In this document: positions 50,601-61,515 of the stretch, in pieces
How the letters are laid out: every line of letters begins with the position of its first letter
Position numbering within the stretch: position 1 is the stretch's first letter
Assembly (NCBI GenBank): GCA_000708835.1
Contig: DF237198.1
Coordinates: forward strand, 57,852-121,851
DNA from: Klebsormidium nitens
Lineage: Eukaryota > Plantae > Klebsormidiophyceae
Length of the DNA: 64,000 bases
Direction: 5' to 3'
Translations under genes and position numbers: made by a program
The notes under the pieces: model-generated
What the model was told of the DNA's origin: nothing
Seen by the model: only the letters and a program-made list of their open reading frames with translations
Database searches by the model: none

Positions 50601-53600
50601 CAGTACAATCGTGCAGTCCATCTCTACTCCTCTCTTGCCCCGCGTATTTTCTCGATGGATAGCCAGGTCGGTAAGTCTTAGGCCCCGGGAAACGGCCACA
50701 TCGGCTTGCAAGGCCCGCTCTTCGAACTTTCCCCGACAGCGCGCTGCCTCAGCCCCTTCTACTCAACGTTGTTCTTCGCTTTCGTCTGGACGACCACAGA
50801 CCATTAGAACGACAACCGACCCTTCAAAAGACAGGCACATGGAGCTGCGACAAATCTCCTTTCCACGAAAGCGCAGTTCGCCCTCTTTTTGGCGAGCCCG
50901 AATACAGCCGATACCAGTTCCTTTCACGGCGCGTTGTCATGACAATTAGCCCCCCCGATTACGCACGCTCAGACACTAGCTGACGCCTCACCAGCTGGAA
51001 TTCCGCCGGGCTGAGCTTCCCGTCGCCGTCGCGGTCCAGGTAGCGGAACGCCTTGCGCAGGTGGCTCGGCCCGCCGCGCACCCGCCCCTCTAGTTTCTCG
51101 CGCATCAGCCGCTCCAGGTCGTCCACCGACATGCGCGACTGCCACTGCTGCACGGCCGCCCGCCGGCGCGCCTCGAACGCACGCGCGGTGTTGAGCTTCG
51201 TGATGAGGTAGTTCTCCTGGCCGCCGCCGAAGCGGCCCATGCCGTTGCGCCCGGGGAAGTCCTCCGGGAGCAGCTTCTGGACAAAATCCTGCAAGGAGGA
51301 AGGGGGGCGGGTGAGTCGGGGAAGTCCTCCCGGAGCAGAGTCGGGTAAGATTTCTTCTGGGAGGGAGGGGGACAGTTCAGTCGAGGGAGGATTGAGGGAG
51401 CAGCTTCTGGACGAACTCCTGCAAGGAAGTGGGGAGGTGGGTCGGTCGCTGAAGTACTCCGAAAGCAGCTTCGAAGCAGATGTTAGAAGAACGGGCCGGC
51501 TATCTTGGGTGCACGTGCAGCTTACCCTGTCTTCTTGGTGTCTTGGCGCACAGTGCAGCTGGACTTGTTGCAGACGAGTTGGCACATTGAGTTGAAGAAT
51601 ACCAACGCAAGGAGATTCAGCTACTCGGTCTGCCCACCTTCGTTGCTGAGTGCCGAAGCACGGCCTCGAACCCACACCCCCAGGAGCACACCTCACAACG
51701 GTAGGAATCTACTTTGCGCCTTTCCTTTCGTGCCCACAAACGAACACTCCACGAAGTCCACCCAGCCCTGAAAGCTCCCGTATGCTTGCTTTCAGAGAAT
51801 GCAGGTCACCCGGTGTGCGTACCTCGTAGTCGATGTTGCCGTCCTTGTTCGCGTCGAGCGCTGAGACGAAGGCGTGCAGCGTGCGTGGGTCGACGTCCAC
51901 GTGGAAGGTGGCGAGGAAGCGCCGCATCTCGTCCTGGCTGATGGCGCCGCTGTGGTCGCGGTCCAGCTGGTTGAAGCACTTGAGCAGCTGGTGAGCACCG
52001 CCGGGGGACCGCTGCGCGATAAATCGTCTGTGTCAACAAGGTATACGTTTTCTTCGGTGCTACTTATGATGCTCTTGCGTCTTGAAGCACTTGAGCAGCT
52101 GGTACGCGTCACCCGGGGATCGCTGCATGGGGAATGTTCAGATTAACAAGGTTCGAAAGCAGACGCTAATCTTCTAGAGACAGGTGCTTACGCTCCTCCG
52201 TCTTAAGCAGCTGCTGCGTGCCGCTGCCGGACTTTGGGATTAACAAGGTAAGAGTTTCCTTGGGTACCACCTACGATTCTTGAAGCACTCGAGCAGCTGG
52301 TGTGCGCCGCCGGGGGCCGGCTACAACGGAAACTTGCCGATATCAACAGGGTTCGAGAGCAGACTATTCTGCCTTCAATACCCCTGCTCATGGTCTTGCG
52401 CTCTGAGCTTGAGCAGCTGGCACGTTCTGTCGACGAGGAATTCAGTGTCAAACAGATTCCAGAGCACACAAGAATCTCAGAACCGCTTTCGGTGGTGCCA
52501 CTTGAAATACTTGACCACTTGGGACGCTCCGTCCAGGGCCCGCTGCATGTAAGGAAGGAGGGCAGTGCTTGGGACTCGAGCGAGGTCTATATGTGCGTTT
52601 GCTGAAGTCCCTGCAGCTCCTGACGCTGCCTCCGGGAGCTACACAACTGAAACCGCTACTTCTGCCGACTCCATCTTAGTCCCCCGGAAGGATGCATTCC
52701 TTTTGATTATCTTTGAAAGATATGTTCAGGTGATTTCGAAGCTGATGTGTCAGCTCAGCTCGGCCGCTTTGTGCGTCATCGATTTAGCAAGTCTGTTTCT
52801 GCTTTTTGCGCTTTCACAATCATTTGCATGCAGTTTACAAGCTGAACTAAGCTGTTTCTTGGAGCCGTTTCCGATGGAGCTTGGATAAAAGACCTCCCCG
52901 TAATGCCTTCCACAAAGAAGCACAACCTCCGCCAGCGAACTGTCTGTTAGGAATTTGATGTTGAAGCAACCTTGCCAGACTATTCCAGAAGCTCCAACTT
53001 CATGGAATCGAGTGTTCAAGGCGTTCGAACATCCCCCATAAGTCAACAGAACATGGCGAGTTTTTCGGACCGCGTTCTTACCACAGCTGTTGATCTGATG
53101 AATAGAGGCTCCCACTCTGTCATGAGAGGCCTGAGCTCATACCCTCCGCCAAAGCTCATTAGACAAAATACTACAAACAGACGTTGTGAAAATGCTCCAA
53201 CTCCATTGTGCAGGCGACACCTGATCCCCACCTGCCAGATCTTTTCCCGCAACAGCTGGATCAGCGGCATCCTCTTCCCCGCCACCGTGTATGTTGGCAT
53301 CAGCTGCACCGAGTCCCCCTTCTGCTCCACCCCACCCGCCGTGCCCGGCCTCGGTAGGGGGGCCTTTCGGGGGCTAAGGCTCCTTTCCTGCGCGTCATCC
53401 TCTCGCTTTACCCCCCCTTCCAGCTGGCCCCTCTGCGAACCTGCACTCGCAGTAGACGGCCGCCCTTGGTCTTCCGCACCCCCCCTTTGTAGGTCCTGGC
53501 TTCGTCTCGTTGGGCTCACCCCCGCTGTGGCGGGCCGCAAGTCCCTTGCGGGGCGTGCTCTAATCGGGCTTTCTCCATGCTTATTTTCAGGGTCCTGCCC

Positions 53601-54574
53601 CCCTTGGCTAGTCTGAGCTTCCATCGCTGGACGTACTTTGCTGGGGGAGGGGTGGAGGCTGTTGCCCTGCCCCCCCAGGAGCTTGTCCACCTGATCTTCC
53701 ACCAAAGCTGGGTCCCACTTCTTGCGGGGGCTCGTTGCCTGGAGAGTCATGCAAAGTCGCACATTCAGTGGAGTGCTCGACATAAGTCGAGCTGAGAATA
53801 AGGACCCAAGACGATAGCCTCATTCCCTGTATGTTACCATGACTACAATGGGCTTGTGGTGATGGACATAAATCAAGGATAGAAAGTCTTCAGCATTGCT
53901 TGTAAAGATGCATATGCTGCCCTTTTGACTGATAGATCGGACCAGTTTGCAGGTGCAACATCTTCCTTCTCCAGCACTTGTGAGCAGAAAATCGGTTCAA
54001 GACAGTTGTGGATCCTAGGTTCACCGAGTCACGAGCAATGCTAGCCGGCCTTGGTTGAAGAGAATCAGTGAAGATGAGCCTAAAGATAAATCGTGCAATC
54101 TCAGGAAGCCGGTCAGGCTGGCCCCTTCTGGCTGATGGACTGTGGGGAATGAAGCACGTGTCCCACCTGCAGCAATGTGCTTAAGGCTTCCTTCAAGCCT
54201 TCCCTCTCAAGCATCCTCTGCAGCCTGGTTCTCCTCTGGGGGGATAAACTTCTTGCGCTGTGCACCATTCTCTCTGCTGCCGCTGCATCTGACTGCCCCC
54301 TGAAACTGCGCGCAGACAGATGTCCTAGATTCTCCTTCTCTTCCCTCTGGCTCTGCATCTGGGAGATTGCCAAGGTTGGGACCTTTCCCCCAATTTGCAC
54401 GATTGTTGCTGGCTTTGTACTTTCTGGCTGACTCCCGTCTGGTTTGCCATTGGAAGGACGGCCCTTCCGTGGAGAGAGGAACGAGTTGCCTACTGCAGAA
54501 TTTATCAAAGCAGCCCTGCTTGTCCCAGAGTCTGCAGACTCCCTATCAGGGCGCAAGGGAGGAGCGAACCTCAT
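47686..54574 (-). CDS. Multi-EF-hand calcium-binding protein (about 7 EF-hand-like loops; EFCAB6-like architecture), ~919 aa; start uncertain
   Basis: Exons 54574-54167, 53738-53232, 52011-51823, 51288-50992, 50562-50419, 50088-49609, 49337-49207, 48671-48442, 48059-47686 (2,760 nt, in frame). Loops DRDHSGAISQDE, DANKDGNIDYED, DRDGDGKLSPAE, DPNGDGVIDYYE, DVTGRGKLDHAD, DPEQTGFVTFAA. Repeated REK...GG..L..AF pre-loop motif. Confidence 0.85.
50089..50418 (-). other. Probable second GC-AG intron (EF-hand gene)
   Basis: No GT donor lies between FETKKQ and the in-frame stop at 50374. The donor CAG|GCGAGG at 50418 joins in phase 0 to the acceptor gtccag|ATG at 50088. Confidence 0.6.
51971..52560. 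repeat. Degenerate tandem array (~5-6 units of ~100 bp) copied from the exon start/acceptor of the EF-hand gene
   Basis: The core cttgaagcacttgagcagctggt...ccggggga.cgctgc occurs at 51971 (exon), 52081, ~52201, 52279, ~52405 and 52501, with progressive decay; several units are followed by t(c/t)aacaagg. Confidence 0.85.
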
Positions 54575-55622
54575 GCTTGCTGATGCCTGATCTCAACACT
54601 ACAGTATGTGCAGATGGCTCCCACCAACTTGGAAGCCCATGGCAATCTGGAGGGCTGCTCCCTTCGGACGTTCTCTTTGCAAGGAAGCCGTACATGTATG
54701 AACTGTCCTGATTGAATTTTAAAGTTTCCGAAAAACATTGCACAGCATTGCTTGGAAAAGCCTTCAAGCATCAAGGAAAGGAAGCAACTCGGCCAAATTG
54801 AACACGAAATCCTTCTTCTGGAGGAAAGATCATCTAATCACGATTGCAGCAGCGGCATTTTTGGATCTGACATTGTCACCAATGACCGGCATGTCAGGCT
54901 TTCAAAGCCAATTTGAACTTGAAGCATCAGGATTCAGGATCACATGCCTTGCAAACCCTAATTTCTTGCTTGGCCAATCGAGTATTATGATGGCCAGGAT
55001 CGTAACCGTCCAGTAGATCTCAGAACGATCCGACGGCCATTGTCTTCTCTACAACGATATACAGTCATCAACGGTTTACAGACTATAAGGTCACTTCATG
55101 CAACAAATCGAACGTGGTTCATGGGTCCTGGGCTCACTGAAAATGTACTTCGACGTCGAAACTCGTGTCCGGATCAGAACCGGGTGGCAAAATTCGATCC
55201 GTCGAACAACATGGTACAAACTGCAGCACGGTTCCCGTCCTGCAATTACTGGGCAAGTTTCCCGCCACTTCTCTGAAATTCTAAGAGCACCTTCAAGAAG
55301 TTGCTTCATAAAGTTCTCTTGTCATTGAGACCTGCAAATGCTAGTCGCACTTGCTACGGTAGTCAACTTCAAGGCACGCAGTGGCGGCGTACAGCTCACA
55401 CCTGTTCAATAAATAGGTGGTGTGCTCGTTCCTCATTTTGCTGTGGCCCAAAGTGAGCCCTTCAACCTTCGGCGGGCGGGATGCGGCCGTGCCTGTAAAG
55501 GGAGTTGGACCTTGACAGAGATCAGGGGATATCTGTCGTTTCGGAAGCAGACACTCATTGCTGAACACCAGGTGTCTGGTTCTTGCTGACCTGTATCAAA
55601 TATCACAAACAGACACGCAAAA

Positions 55623-58600
55623 ATGGTGGAGCTTACGAAGGATGCTATTCAGCTCATTCAGGCTGGGCAGACAGACCTGCAGGCAGTGGTACAGGTCACT
55701 GATATCAAGCCTATTGGCAACCAGTCAGGCCCTCAGGAGAGGTTTCGGCTGGCGCTGACAGATGGGAGTCAGATTCAGCAGGCGATGCTGGCCACACAGC
55801 TGAACGACTTCGTTAAGACCGGGAGAGTGAAGAAGAACTCCATCCTTGTGTTGCAGGAGTACATCTGCAACACTGTGCAGAACCGCAAGTAAGTGTTTCT
55901 TTTTGGATGGAGCCTGTCTATGACGTTTGCTCATTCTACTCTTCCACTACTGAGCACTTTTTTCAGAAAAAGCAGTGCCAGCTCAACACAACACCTCAAG
56001 TAGCTCGGGGAGATCTCAGCGACACACCTCAGATACTGAAAAGGTAGACAATGGTGGTACAATTGCCTTTGTACACGACTGGCCAGTGCTTTATGCAAAT
56101 AAGCAAAGGGAATATGTGAAATCGGAAGGCCCTTGGTTGCAAACAGCAATTCCATCATAACCTTGCAATTGCTCACAACACTTTTGAAAACATAGAGAAA
56201 CTTTCTCTGCAGTGAAGGGTTGTGGGAACCCTAATCCTGGATCTTCAGGAAGGTCCTTACAGAATCATTTAATCTTCCCAATGCAAATGAAATGCCTACT
56301 GACTCGATCCCTCTGCTTTGAACTGCACCCTAGCAATCTCCATGGATGTCAAACCGGCTTTGCTGGCCTTGGCTCCATATAACCAATATACCGAACGGCC
56401 AAGGGAATTCACCCAAAAAGAACAATTTTGGGGCCTGTGTGACATTCTGGAAATCAAATGGGAGCCAAGTGTGAAAAAGTGAAACATAACATAATCAAGG
56501 AAAAGGCCGTTTCGTTGACTTTCAGTGTAGAAATATCAACAAAAAGGCTCTTGTGTGAAATGTAAAAAACTACTTCATGGCGCCGGGTGAATCCTCAGGA
56601 TGAACGAAATTGAGTTTTCACACCAGAGATGGTGCTAATTCTCTTGGCGGTACGGTAGGAGACAACTTTAACTCACTTGGTGGATCATTTTGTTACCTTG
56701 CAGAATCATCATCGTGCTGAGTTTGGAGGTGCTTCAGCTGGACGCAGAGCCCCTGGGTCCTCCGCAACCAGGACCAGCAGTTCCCGGATCAGTCATCAAC
56801 CCGGGAGCTGGACCTAACGGCTTTCAGGCACAGCAGGGGCCCCCTCAGGCTAGTGGTGGCTACCAGGCTGCGCCCCCAGCACAAGCTCCCCTCACCCCTG
56901 GTTACGGCAACCCCGCGCCTCCGTCAAACCCTTATGCCAACGCTGCCCCTGCTGCGGCTCCTGCATACAATTCGGGCTATGGCCAGGCCAATGGAGGGTA
57001 CGGACAGCCGGCTGCGAATGGTTTTGGAGGGGGGGGCATGGGCCGAGGCATGTCCATGGGCGGCATGGGGGGCGGTATGGCTGGTGGAATGGGGGGGGGT
57101 ATGGGTGGGGGCTACGGTCAAGGCAGGGGTGCGATGGGGGCGCCTGCGACAGCCCCCCAGTATTCAAGCAGGGGTCCGATCGCCAGGAACCAGGCGCCCG
57201 CGCGGATTGCTCCGATATCGAGCCTGAACCCCTACCAGAACAAGTGGACCATCAAGGCGAGGGTGACGCTCAAGAGCGACATCCGGCGCTACCACAACCA
57301 GAAGGGCGACGGGAAGGTGTTCAGCATCGACCTTCTGGATTCCGAGGGGGGGGAGGTGCGCGCCACGTGCTTCAACCAGACGGTGGACAAGTTCTACGAG
57401 CTGTTTGAGGAGGGGAAAGTGTACCTGATCACCGGGGGATCCCTGAAGCCGACCAGGAAGGAGTTCAACCACCTGAAGAACGAGTGGGAGATCATGCTAG
57501 ACAACAACACAGTCGTGCAGCTGTCCATGGACGAGGACGGCAGCATCCCTCAGCAGGTCTACGACTTCAAGTGAGTTGCTTGAAGAATTAGCATGTAGTG
57601 CTGTGACCTCTAAGCCTGTGCTTTCTGATCTTTGTGATGTTGATATCAGAGGTTCTTGACTACTGCACCATGGCAGTTTTGGAGACCTATGGCATCTGAG
57701 GTTGACGAGGACGGGCAAGGCAGACGTTTTTTTCGGGGGGCTGTTCGTTGGGTTCGGACTTCCCTTACATTCCTGGTCTTTTAACCATCAGTTTGGCCGC
57801 ATGGTTCTTCCACTGCCTCCTTAACACCAAACTTTTTGCTCTCATTTGCTTTCCAGGGTTTAGTCTTTCACTTGGTTCCCTGTGGCTGTCTGTCTCAACT
57901 CCACTTTTCATGGCAGCCAGAATGTACCCCAGGGTTAATTCGTTCAACAGATCTCTATCTCTAGCCTCTTCTGGTGGAGTACTCAATCCCGTTAAACTAC
58001 CCTGTCCACGATCGAACATGAACCGGTCCGTCCTCATGGCTTGTTTCTGGCTGACTGATCCTCTTTGGACCGTCTTGAAATCAGCGACCTTTTTCTTGAC
58101 AGCCCCGAATGTGCTCGAGCTGACCGGCCATCTTGGCATTGCCAGGACCATCGACGTGATCGAGAACGAGGCCCGCGAGTCGATGGTGGACGTGATCGGC
58201 GTGGTGGAGACTGTCCTCCCGACCAACATCATTACCCGCAAGGACGGGCGCGAGACAGAGAAGCGCTCGCTGACCATTAAGGACACGTCCGGCAAGTCCG
58301 TCGAGGTAACGCTCTGGGGCAGCTTCTGCAACCGGGAGGGGCAGCGGCTGCAGGACAGTCTGGACAATGGGCAGCACCCCGTGCTCGCGGTCAAGGGCGG
58401 GCGGACGAGCGACTTTAGCGGGCGCACGATTGGGACGATCTCGACGTCACAGCTGGCCATCGACCCCGACATCGTGGAGGCGCACAGGTCGGTTGTTGTT
58501 TGCATCTCCCGTGCCCTGAATTTTGGGTATCATTCAATTGCTTCTTGTAGTCTGTCCAGACCCGGTCTGTGCGGTGTGCATGCCTCTGTCTGCTTAAAGA

Positions 58601-60739
58601 ACGCGTTGCTTGTGAGGGAGACCATATGTCTCCTCGATCCGGAGGACTGGGTTTAAGCTTCCTGACAGAGCCACTGCTCGTTATCTGAAGACTTCTTGGA
58701 TTGATGGAGAGAATGTTTTGGACGCTCAATGTAAACCAGGGTGCCGGTTGCTTAGCTGGGTTTCTGATCCCTGAGTTCCGCTGTCGTCAGGCTCAAGGCT
58801 TGGTACGAGAGTGAAGGAAGGAGCCTGGCGCCGCAGAGCATCTCCCGTGAGGCATCTGGCGGCCGGGAGACCAGAAAGTTCGTCGCGCAGATCAAGGACG
58901 AGGGGCTGGGCCGAGGGAACAAGCCAGACTACATTGCTGTGCGGGGGACCATCGCCTTCATCAAACAGGTCAGCTCTTTCAACTTGCCTACAAGCGACGG
59001 GTCATTGAACCAGCTTCTTTGCTTTCGGCCAATTGTGGGAGCGCCGAAGATTCAGCCATTTACTCGCTTGGGCGTCGCTTTGATTGGCATCGCCTCGTGT
59101 GGATCCAGGAGTCCGGCCCAACAATCTGGCTTGGATACAGATTCGCCTGGGCGCTTCTTGTTCTTGAAAGTGAATGATTCAGGCCCATCAGGATTCTCTG
59201 TCTGGCGCGTCACAGTCCCTTCTTTCCACAAAAGCCTCGTTGCTAGCTCTGCCGACTTGTGCATCACTGCACTCATTCGAGACACGTGCCAGCAAGCTGA
59301 AGCCACTTGCCTCCGCTTCAAGCGCTGTGCCTCGTCAGACCCTCTCCTCAAACCGATCCTCTTTACCCAACTCCAGGAGAACCCGTACTACGCGGCGTGT
59401 CCGAACAAGGTGGAGGGCGACCGGCAGTGCAACAAGAAGCTGACCCCGTCGACGGGCGGGTGGGCGTGCGAGCGGTGCAACCGGGACGACATCCCGGCCC
59501 CCGAGTACCGCTACCTGCTGGGCGTGCAGCTCAAGGACCACACCGGGGGGGAGTGGGTCACCGCGTTCCAGGAGACCGGGGAGGACATCATGGGCATGAA
59601 CGCGGGGGAGCTGTACAGACTGAAAGTGAGCGCGCAGTAGAGCTGGGTGCCCTTTGCAAAAGAGGATGCTTTACCGGCTCAGATTCTCGTTCTTGACAGA
59701 AACGCAGGGGAACGGTGTCGTTCAACGACGCTCAGAAGACTGCGTATGCTTTTAAGCGGTGCCAAGTAAGGAGTTGAGTCGCTGCAAGACTTTTTTTCGA
59801 TCGGAAGTAGGTCTACCCTAATCGCTCAAGCTTTCACCGCTTTTCAAGAGGCCCCTGCCGGCACTTAGTGATACGTATGGAAGTCTGACGATGGGGTTCA
59901 ACTTGTGGTGCAGGAAGAGGCCGACAACACGGGGAACAATATACCGTACACAAACGCCTTTGTGAACGCCCAGTTCGATCACTGGCTGATGAAGCTCAAG
60001 GTCAAGGAGGAGACGTACAACGACGAGCGGCGGATCAAGGTCCAAATCATCAAGGCAGAGAAGGTGAGCTGAGAACGGGCCGTTCGTAGACAGCTTTCTG
60101 CTCAGGCGGCACGTTTTGTTTCTTTCTGTGAAGCATGTAGTGACGTGTTTTCCTTTGCTTGCTATTCGCGTCGCTTGCTGAGGGTGTCGCATTCAGTTTT
60201 TGTCAGGGGCGGAGCTGACAAACACTCGTCGTGTGTGCGTTTGGCAGGCCGACTTCGCGACCGAGAGCAAGGTCGTCGCTGAGCAGATCGCCAAGCTGAG
60301 TCGTGGTGAGCCGCTGACCAGCCCCGTCCGCGCAACCCCTCCCGCAAACAACGGGTACAACGCTCCCGGTGCTGGAGCGTCTTCGTACGGCGGGACCCAG
60401 AGCACGTACGGAGGTTCGAGCTATGCCAACGGCACCAGCGGGGGCGGGGGCGGGGGCGGGAATAAATGCTACCGGTGCGGTCAGGAGGGGCACTTCGCAA
60501 GCTCGTGCCCGAGCGGAGGCGGCGGTGGGGAGCGTTACGGCGGCGGCGGTGGTGGAGGAGGAGGAGGAGGGGGCGGTGCTAAGAGCGGAAGCTGCTTCAA
60601 GTGCGGCGAGCCGGGTCACTGGAGCTCACAATGCCCATCTGGTGGCGGTGGCGGGGGAGGACGGGGTGGTTACGGAGGCGGTGGCGGCGGATACGGAGGC
60701 GGTGGTGGCGGGTATGGAGGTCGAGGCAGAGGGTATTAG
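55623..60739 (+). CDS. RPA1: Replication protein A large subunit (RPA1/RPA70) with C-terminal extension carrying two CCHC zinc knuckles and a Gly-rich/RGG tail, ~847 aa
   Basis: Exons 55623-55888, 56704-57570, 58146-58487, 58791-58968, 59377-59625, 59914-60063, 60248-60739 (2,544 nt). [13 protein letters not shown]...[41 protein letters not shown]...VEVTLWG, DBD-C YYAACP...CNKK...CERC. Tail [14 protein letters not shown] and [14 protein letters not shown]. Confidence 0.98.
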
Positions 60740-61515
60740 AGAGCGGTCCTAGTGTACGTGCATTGGAAGTCAAGGTGTCGCTGTGCGTCCTCTGCAATCG
60801 ATGTAAGATTTCAATGCAGAGGGTTGCTGTGTCTGAGAAAAGTCTGTGCTGTTGTCTACTCGGTCTTAGGCTTTTACGGAGCGAAAACTTTGAAAAGCAT
60901 GGATAGCATCTGCGTATGTTCCATAACCGGGACCTTGTGGCAATCGTGTGCGTTACTGAGCTGAATTATGACGTATCAATCTGCACCACGATTGACGGCA
61001 GAATTACGACCTGGGGAATAGCTACACCCAATGCGCGATGAACTGCACCGCCTGGCAAGTAGGCACGTTGCATCCATAGATGCTTATGATCATGTAAAAA
61101 GTGTCGCGCCGCATATGCGATCGGTTGCACATGCACCTACGTGTAAACACAGGCCCGCCATGCAGCGTGTTGGCTGCATACTACTGAATTAGATGGTTAT
61201 TGGGGTTCCATCCAGCATCACTGATGCACAAGCTGGCCTGCAGCAGCCAGGAAACTTTGCAACACCAATATGCTCGCATTACATAGTCGCAAGTGTACGG
61301 GCATGCTAACCAGCTCTTCACATTCAAGGTTCTCATCTTTTGCAAAACGTAATCTTGGGGACAGAATGCAATGCCTCCACAGCAACCGATTATGAACAAA
61401 CCCCGTCATCATGACATGCAATCCCACATGCGACGACCTCCAGAAGATGTCACGCTTGAAGTTGGAAAGACCTTTCGGAAAGGCTAATCTTATTATGAAA
61501 TCCTACAGTTGCCTT

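Noticed and set aside
51971-52560. Repeat-spacer look-alike (CRISPR?)
   Set aside because: Eukaryotic intron with degenerate units and irregular spacing; the repeat derives from the adjacent exon and no cas genes are present.
61420-61432. ATCCCACATGCG resembling the plant snRNA USE (RTCCCACATCG)
   Set aside because: Imperfect match, no correctly spaced TATA box, and no recognisable snRNA or telomerase-RNA body downstream.
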